Source: Botryllus schlosseri
Taxonomy: Eukaryota
Direction of reading: 5' to 3'
DNA length: 64,000 bases
NCBI GenBank assembly: GCA_051294905.1
Contig: CM119379.1
Span: 18,290,001 to 18,354,000 of the forward strand
The notes below the pieces were generated by a model that saw only the letters and a list, made by a program, of their open reading frames with translations, was not told the origin of the DNA and ran no database searches. Both the position numbers and the translations under genes were made by a program. Each line of letters opens with the position of its first letter. Position 1 is the stretch's first letter. This document shows, piece after piece, positions 56,001-64,000 of this stretch.

Positions 56001-59000
56001 CAGATCTATACACCAATACCAACTATATTTCTAGTGTTGGCATGACTCGAGTCAACTTTTTCGTATGACTTGACTTGACTCGAGTCACTTTGCAAAAATG
56101 ACTTGACTTGACTCGGCGCTTTAGAAATGTGGATTGACTCGTGACTCGGAGCAAAATTTACGAGTCAATTTCAAGTCAATAATCAAACGGTGTCGATTAA
56201 ATCATCCTATCTTATGTATGTTCGGGTTGTTCGATATACGGCGGCGTCACTTGTGAGAGCAACCAGTCATTCACTGATTGTACGTTTCACTGATCCTACA
56301 TTGTTACATCACAAAAAAATTGACCGCAAACGAAACTATCACAGCTTACTTTGTCGTAGTAGAAGTAGAATATTTTACTAGCAACGTATCTTTGTTTCTT
56401 AGACGGCTCTGTGCTTACATTGCGCAGTGCTCACCTTTACCGACACTCTATTACAGTGGTTCCCAACGTGGGCGATTTGGCGGTCTAGGGGGGCGAAAAT
56501 GACGAAGGGGGCGACAGGGGGGCGAAAATGGACAAAGGGGGCGACGGGGGGCGAAAATAGCGAAGGGGGCGATAGGGGGGCGATGACGCGTCAAAACGGC
56601 TGACCTTTTTTTTTTTTTTTTTTTAGTCAACCCACGCAAAATTTAGTTACAAAAATGTGAAAAAGTGTGTCAAATCAGACATCGAGCCGAAAATTTGCCT
56701 TTTTTTTTTTTAGTCAACCCGCCGGTGATTGCAATTTGTATGCCCAATTTTCGGTACACAAAATTTGGGGGGCGATGATCGGTGTTGACCTTGAAAAGGG
56801 GGCGATGGGTCGAAAAAGGTTGGGAACCACTGCTCTATTAGTATGATTTAAATCGATCGAATATAGTTTATGCGTTTATATTCTCACGGATGTGTATAGA
56901 TGGGTGGCGTATTGTACCACATCAATTTGTTCAACTTCTCGAGGCTCTGTATTCGATCCTCTATATTCGATCCTCTATATTGGCTGACAATAACATACTG
57001 TAGCATGTAGCTATACAGTTACTCACGTATTATATTACCAGTTACACGTGTGGGTGAGCGATACAACACCTTTTTGCATGTATATTTAACTTTATATTCG
57101 TTATTTGATTCAAGATAAATGGCCAATTAATCTGTTCTTCACCCAGTTAACAAAATGTAATCACTTTGCATCATAACTCATACTTCGACAATTCAATTTT
57201 ACTTGAATCTTTACTTGACTCGTGACTTGACTCGACTTGACTCGAGTCACCTCCAAAAACGAGTGACTTGACTGGACTCGAGTCACCTTTGAAAATCCAT
57301 TGACTTGACTTGACTCGAGTCAAAATGTGCAATGACCCGAGATGACTCGTGACTCGAAGGTGGTGACTTGATCCCAACACTGTATATCTCAACGTCGAAA
57401 TTATATAGGGGATATGAAATTCCGTTTGTCCGTGTTAATTTGTTTGATATTTGCATAGTAGCATATAGGCTTTTCGCATACGCAATTAATTCCGACTTGC
57501 GAGAGTTTTGGTTTCTGAGAAAGATATTTTCTGATTTTTGGGTGTAAATCGAGTAGCCTAAGTTTGGACCGACGTAAACATTTTGTTTGCATATTTCAAC
57601 ACGAAAAAACCGGCAATTGGGTGCTTTTCATACAGTAGACCAAATTTACTTATTCACTCAGAACCGGTAGGTCTATCATTCAATTTGGAGTACATTGTAC
57701 TTATACAGCATGCATATACAATACAGTGCATGCACTGTGCACATTTCAATGAAAAAACGAAACTGAGAATGACCAATAATTAATCATGATGAAAGTCCTG
57801 AAAAGTTTAAATCGCAGCCCAGAGTAATTTGGGTTTACGTAGCCTAGTCATATAGCTGCAATGAGGTAGACTTCGACAATGCGATATCCATATAATCATT
57901 GCAATTTTGCGATCACCACCATACTATCTCATTCTATCAGCGTATAAAGATCGGTTAACGATGCCAAAAATGATGACGAGCTCAACCGGGGACGAATATT
58001 TCCTTCTTGACGACTCACACTACTATTTGAACCAGATGGAAGGACCAACATATGTCAACATGCTGCCAAATACTGAGCACACCATGGTCGGTCATGAGTT
58101 TCAATTGGCTGCGAACCTCGAGGTCTTTTACTTGCATGCAATGAAAGTAAGGTGTTCAACTGTTCAACTTACCACATCAGAGCTTATTACGAACTATTTG
58201 TATGTTTTTATTTTCAGAATTTAAAAATGCCGAAATTATCATGGAATTTCGGAAGTACAGCTACAGGCGGTGTTATCGAAGTGATCACTGATACTAAACC
58301 CACTCTGATCCGTGCGTGGCACGCCACTACACCAAATAACACAATGTAAATATATCATCATTTGGGTAGCCTATAAAGATATCAGTTTCGAGGATATCGG
58401 AACTAGAAGTTTATTTCAGGCGAGATTTTCGACTTCTAATCGCCAATCCCAGTAACCCAACGAAATCCTTATTTCGCCCACTGCTTTGGGAGTCGGCTGA
58501 TGTAACCAAGACAACTGATAACACGTACAGTTTCGAGATGGATTCCCCGAATAAAGGATGGGCTGCATTTTTTATACAAGTGAGTAAGATAAATTAAACT
58601 TACGCCTAACTGTTTGTAGTTTCGAGAAGCGAGAAGAAAAAAGCCTATAGATTATGTAGTCGCTTCCAGGCCACGGTGCTGTACGCTAATTATTGGTGAT
58701 ATGATAACTAGAGCAAGTGTTTGCAACTTTTGCAACATTTTTTACAGCTTCCCAGATACTCAGAATCTATGTTCTATGATGTTTTAAGCTGTTTGAAGTG
58801 ATTTTATAGTGCAACTTTTCTCTATTTTTCACACCAACTTTTACTGCAACTTTTATCAAATATAGCGTAAAAATGCAAAGGAGTGATTTAAAAACATGCC
58901 ATAAACTATTTCTAGTCTGGTTCTATTCTCTTTGATTTGCATAACAAAGAGCTCTATGATGGGACAGCTGCATCTCACTGTTATCAATGACACAATGGCT

Positions 59001-59815
59001 TGCAAGCAAGGAGTTCAACTAGGCTACCTCTGTCAAGCACGACCGTGTCCGAACAATACGCAAAAAGATCGCTTGATTAATTCTGTGGTTTAAATTTGAG
59101 ATAGTTTCCCATTTCACAAACGCCAATGCGAGACCGCCGAAAACTGCATTTTCACTGGTCACCTTATTCAGGATATTGATTTTGTAAAAGTCGCCAAGAG
59201 TGAGTTTTTCTGCAACGCCTCGGGTCAAGTTTGCAGAGCTAGGGGGTTTCGGGTGTGTTATTTGACTTGTTTAGGGGGGATGGGATATCGATATGCTGTT
59301 GGGCTTTTTTTTATAAAATTATTCCCGCATTGCGTCATTTTCTTGCTGTGTACCTGGAAAATTTTTTTTTGCGGTCTCGCCAGAATGTCCGTGAAATGGC
59401 ACTGTAACAATTTCGACAGCTCTGCAGGAACTAGGTTATACAACGGAACCTTTCGAGTATCTCATACCCTACTAATTCAACAATAACTATAAATGCTACT
59501 TTTGTCAAAATTAAGTGCAACTTTCTCGCGATTTTAGTGCCATAAAAACTTGCCCTATAGTGATAGCTCGACACAGTCGATGTGTGGAAGTTGCGTGTGA
59601 AAATTGAAGTGATCTGTCGGCCCCTTCAATTTATAATGAAATATTCTTAATATTCCTAACCAAATCATAACTTTGCTCTGTGCTACTTATTGCAGGTGAC
59701 ATTTTTAGGCCAGGACGGCAGAAGCTTCGAATGCACAACTGAAACGAACGTGATCCCGGACACATTCCCGTTTCCAGATTGCAAAGGAAGAGGTTGTCAA
59801 GGGACTCTGGTCTGA
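53074..59815 (+). CDS. AprA/PqaA-family secreted alpha/beta-hydrolase-like protein (autocrine proliferation repressor A-like), ~487 aa
   Basis: Exons: 53074-53085 (tentative), 54015-54186, 54357-54540, 54825-54929, 55459-55609, 55693-55788, 55858-55987, 57941-58146, 58218-58345, 58420-58579, 59696-59815; total 1464 nt, in frame. Motifs SPLDDYV, NMTSQKW, GASKRGW, YGGWSFA, GDEYF, PNTEH and C-terminal IPDTFPFPDCKGRGCQGTLV. Hydrophobic N-terminus. Confidence 0.82.
56032..57382. mobile_element. hAT-type non-autonomous element with gactcgagtc-rich subterminal regions, in an intron
   Basis: Ends tagtgttggc...tcccaacactg; 8-bp TSD tatatttc/tatatctc (7/8). Confidence 0.7.
56454..56832. mobile_element. 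hAT/Charlie-like MITE with gggggcga repeats, nested in the 56032-57382 element
   Basis: TIR cagtggttcccaac...gttgggaaccactg; exact 8-bp TSD ctctatta. Confidence 0.9.
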
Positions 59816-60091
59816 CGACATGTAGACAATACATATCGAGTCTTTTTCTTATATTAATATAATCAAAGCTGTAGCTGTAGCATACAAAAACTACCGCACT
59901 CGCCGCCGACCGCCGAGCTTGGAGTGAATAAATTGCCGTACTAGCGGCATTCATGCAAATTGCAACGTAAATTGGCTGTAATGTTTATGTAAGGTTGTTC
60001 AATGATGTCCATGTCCATTGTCCATTGTCCAATGTCCATTGGCCATATTAGGATGCTAGTTGGAGAACTCCCAGTGTGCCCCAGCATGTGG

Positions 60092-60164
60092 GTTTCCGTA
60101 GTGTAGCGGTTATCACGTTCGCCTCACACGCGAGGGGTCCCCAGCTCGATCCCGGGAGGAATCA
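60092..60164 (+). tRNA. tRNA-Val(CAC)-like gene, probably a pseudogene
   Basis: gtttccgtagtgtagcggttatcacgttcgcctcacacgcgaggggtccccagctcgatcccgggaggaatca closely follows the metazoan tRNA-Val(CAC) sequence. It has two acceptor-stem mismatches, one T-stem mismatch and T54>C in the B box. A T5 run follows at ~60167. Confidence 0.75.
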
Positions 60165-61410
60165 TATTTTTGATTACAAAGAATGTTCGATGCAATGTCA
60201 TCTCCGTCGCCGCAAGCATCGTAACACAGGTAGAAGGGTGAGACACAACCTTACTGAGATTCATCGAAACGATCGACGTATATGATGCGAAAATTATGTA
60301 ATGTTCTGGCACACGGAAAAGTACTCCTACAAAGAGACAGTTAATATATATTTTCAACGCACACAGCTGACATTCGCGGCATTCCGTAATTAAGTGATAC
60401 TCTTGTTTAATTATCATCATCAGGTGCGAGACACTGTAACGACACCGCAGTTTTGTTTATTTTATTTGCAAAATGTTCAGAGAATGCTATACGACTATAT
60501 AATTCGAATACAATGCGATAAAACCGCTTTATCGGTATAGCTGCTTTGAGCCGCGGGACCAATTTAGACAAGGGAGGATTACGTTACCACATTTTTATGT
60601 ATTCGATGTTGATAGTAAACACAACCTCGCGAAACATTTCAAGGTTGTAGGAGAGATCTACAGAATGGGCCATTGGGCCTTCATAAACAGTGGACAATAG
60701 TACGGTTGTTTTAGCTTATCTAATTCAAGTGGTGTGTAAGTGCGGGAAAGAAAGTTAATGTTACTCCGGGTTTCTGTGGATATAGAGCTTCAGTAAAATA
60801 TAATATTTGTACCAAAATTTCAAGGATTATAAAGGCATGGGATCATTATCATGGAGTATTTGAAAGATATACTGTGATGTTAAGAATTATATATAACATT
60901 TTCTCCGAAGCTATGCAAAGTCCGTGAATGTTTTTGATGAATGTATAGTGTGTGGATGATTCAGAAACGGGGTTGCGAGAAAATGACAGCACGCATGATC
61001 GATCGGCGATTCGATTGTGGTCTAGGAATCGAGACAGATACACAATTACACATGGATTTCAAATTTGAGTGCGCTATGCACATAAGACAGGCCTAAAGCT
61101 AAATAGCGAATTAAGTAAGATACATTACGAATTATGAATACAATTAAGACAAGCTTAATAGTTATTGCTGCAACGCTAACTAGTCAACATACATCTTCTG
61201 TATATAACCGTCAGTATAGATATACAATTATTGGTGCAATTAAATTGCTGATATCATAAAGACTACAGTTGAACGCGGCCAAGATTGAGAACTGGTTCCG
61301 CAGTACGAAGGAAATATTGAGAAAAATGTCATTTCCTCTAGGCCTACTATAATATAGTGCGTGGGTCTGTATATGGTATATGAAGATCGGCGTAGCTAGA
61401 AACAGTTGAA

Positions 61411-62410
61411 ATGTACAAGTCAATTCGTCGACGAGTGTCTCAGACAAAAAACGGCACATATCGAAGAAACGATTGGTTCTTGGACTTCGAGAAATTGCCA
61501 TGGATGGAATGGATGGATATGCGTAAGTGGCCTATATGAAACTTCTAAGCTTAATTTTGCCTGGGTAGCTGGCGTTTTTTGTCGATAACTGGACAGCTCC
61601 GTAGGCTGTCGCAGTGTCATGAAGTTAGTTACGATCACGGCTTTAAGCTTAAATCAGAATTCTCTTTACTACTTTTGACTATTAGCATTTATCCGCGCGT
61701 ATTTTATTGACCGCTGACCAAACTAAGAAACTACCGAAATCCACTCTCAGAGCCTATGCGAAAAGGTCAACGCGTATCGCTTCATCTTCTGTACCCAATA
61801 CTACTGCAAGAAATTAATATTGCGAAACCGTCGAAGCTTTTGCACTTCTTGATTGGTAAAGGTATTCTACACTGGCAAGATGTCGTCGTCATTCAGCACA
61901 ATAGACAAACTGATTTAGAGATGAATCCGTAAGTAAAATTTTGCGTCTGATAGATCGTATTGTCAGTGCATGGGCCCTCACCACAGTCCCCTATATTCAA
62001 TTGATCACATGTAAGAATCTGGATTCTTGTATATACCCAACACACGCATGTTGTGAAAACCGTTTTAGTTCACGATATTTATTTTGATCAGGGCATTCCT
62101 GCGTATAATAATGACGCGTGGCCAAGAAGGGTTTTACGCCTTCATTGATGCTTTGAGATCTAGACACGGGGCGTGGCAAGGATATTTAGCCGACATGATA
62201 GAAATGCAATTCAACCCAGCTATTGTGAGAGGTTTGAAATATTTAAAAATACACATTCATCGTGAATACCTCATGTATATTTGCCGAAATACATTTACAG
62301 ATTTGTTGGACATTTTCAAGATCGTTTGTCATGATCTTACAAAAATAATGCCTGCGGGATGGTCAGCTCTTCCGAGAATCCTCGGACTTCCGGTTGACAA
62401 AATCGAAATT
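61411..62410 (+). CDS. CARD + death-domain adaptor (RAIDD/CRADD-like architecture); 3' end not found in the window
   Basis: Exons 61411-61522, 61751-61928, 62092-62231 and 62301-62410 splice in frame. CARD-like LLHFLIGKGILHWQD...AFLRIIMTRGQEGFYAFIDALR...YLADMIE, then death-domain-like start IVCHDLTKIMPAGWSALPRILGLPVDKIEI. Confidence 0.7.
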
Positions 62411-62572
62411 GTAAGTATCCGTGGAATATAGTATAAATCGCCGCCGCCCATACGACCGAAATTACTATAGCGATACGTGATGACTGTGCAGTGTGCATGT
62501 GCATGTGCACGTGCAGTGTGGTTATAGGGTTGCATTTAAAAAAAATGGTGTTTTAAAACACTCTGTTTGAAT

Positions 62573-63254
62573 CAGGGTTTACCAAACTTTTTATGGTCGC
62601 GACCATTGTTCCCTTTAAGCTCCGCACGTGCGCAAATGCTCAGTGCGGACACGGTTTCTGCGCACAGAAAATCCAAGTTGCTCACAAAAAATCCGAAGTG
62701 ATGACCTTCTGTTTAGTCGTTACGCACTGTCGTCCAAGGGTATGCGCAGTGAGTCGGTGAGTGTGCGAAGACTCGTCAAAAATTTGAGGGAACATTGGTC
62801 ACGACCCCAAATTTTGATTTGAAAATGTTTCGCCACCCCACCTCTCAATCTGGGGTGCTGAGTACTACGGGCTTATTTACGTGATTATTACGCGTGTCTT
62901 GTGTATGTATTATATTGTTAACACATAGCACTACCGGTCGCTTGTAATTTTCCCAGAAGGAAACATAACCGTCCTATTGGTTTATATGCTCCCGACACTT
63001 TAATGTTCATACTAATGACCAGAAACCAACCTTGCGTTATAGTAGGTGGCGCTTTAAATGGCGTTTCGACTGATCTGGTACCGTATTTGCCGGGTTCGCA
63101 TTAGCTTTTCCTTCTATTTTGAAATATGAACCAAAATATTCAGAAATGAGCCGCCGATAGCATCCGCTATATTAGCATTCTTCATTGGTATTTAATTTTC
63201 GTCTCCCCGACCCCAGAGAATAGGAAGCGACCCAGTGGGAAAGTGAGACCCCTG
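62573..63254. mobile_element. hAT-type MITE in an intron of the CARD-DD gene
   Basis: Left end cagggtttaccaaactttttatggtcgcgacc, right end ...gagacccctg; degenerate TSD gtttgaat/gtttaaac (6/8). Confidence 0.45.
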
Positions 63255-63325
63255 GTTTAAACCATGTTTTCAGCAGTGCCTTTTTAAAAATTGCATTTTT
63301 TTCAAACGTTGTATGCCATTACTGT

Positions 63326-63620
63326 TAGGGTTGCCATACGTCCGGAATTTCCCGGACATGTCCGGAATTTCACTGTTGAAACTAGCGTCCGGGAGGAATT
63401 TCTATAATATGCCAAATGTCCGGAATTTTGACGTAGGCTCATAATTTTTTCGTGAATCAGCATAAAAACAATATGTTTTGGGAATATTTATGCTGATGCA
63501 TGATATTTTTCTTCGCGCTGCGCGCGATTTACTATCTTATTTATTGATTTCAATATGGAGACTACCACCCTCGCGAAAACTGCCATAAAATATAAAAATA
63601 TTCATTTACTGGAATAAGCC
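63326..63620 (+). mobile_element. Truncated hAT-type MITE end (tagggttgcca, ccggaattt repeats)
   Basis: TIR-like tagggttgccatacgtccggaatttcccggacatgtccgg; no partner end found; right boundary approximate. Confidence 0.45.
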
Positions 63621-64000
63621 TAATTGCAATCGCAATTATAGGAGAACGGTATATTCCTAGAGATCGTTAAGGCCGTGTAAATGCTTTATTCAAAGATAGT
63701 GGTTCAAAACGGGGGTCGCTTGCCTTTATTCTAGGGTTTGCGAATATGTTGAACGTAATCAGCTTCCACAATAGCCCGTGAGTCAGTCTGGGCAAAGGTG
63801 CTGACTTATTTTAGTAATCAGCTCGTCTAATTTTGATCCGTGCTACACGGCACATTTTCAAATTGGAGGTGGAGTCGCGACCATAAAAGGTTGGAAACCA
63901 CTGAATGTGGGGTGTTTATAAAGCTCCGTGGTGCGCACCGGCATAAGGCTGATAAACAATCTTATCGGTAGGACATTAACGTAACATAATATGTGCAAGT

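Noticed and set aside
53074-59815. Recent bacterial HGT or contamination for the PqaA-like gene (also considered for gkup)
   Set aside because: The PqaA-like gene has about 10 spliceosomal introns with host MITEs. gkup is embedded between LSM2 and POLQ with host-like composition.
62573-63903. Single large element bounded by the inverted ggtcgcgacc...aaaagg/ttggaaaccactg ends
   Set aside because: The ends are inverted relatives but the flanks (gtttgaat vs aatgtggg) give no TSD. More likely separate MITE fragments.

Overview
Eukaryotic (invertebrate animal) genomic DNA with GT-AG introns, many only 55-70 bp. A compact genome such as a tunicate is my guess, not something the sequence proves. 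All gene models were built by hand from splice sites and reading frame. 1-13 kb is transposon territory. It starts with part of an element with inverted 41-bp minisatellite arms. Next is a 9.4-kb foldback-type element (3510-12910) with an exact 8-bp TSD and kb-long inverted arms built from 194-bp tandem arrays. Its core carries a decayed ORF joining a transposase-like tail, a Ulp1/SENP SUMO-protease domain and a USP deubiquitinase domain. This is the most unusual object in the window. All host genes are on the + strand: intronless LSM2; an intronless glucuronokinase/nucleotidyltransferase fusion (gkup-like); a 31-exon POLQ (~2150 aa); a FoxJ1-like gene whose DNA-recognition helix is altered (RHNLS to RDNLA); an AprA/PqaA-family secreted hydrolase; a degenerate tRNA-Val(CAC); and the 5' part of a CARD + death-domain adaptor. 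Introns and intergenic DNA hold many hAT-type MITEs with 8-bp TSDs, some of them nested.
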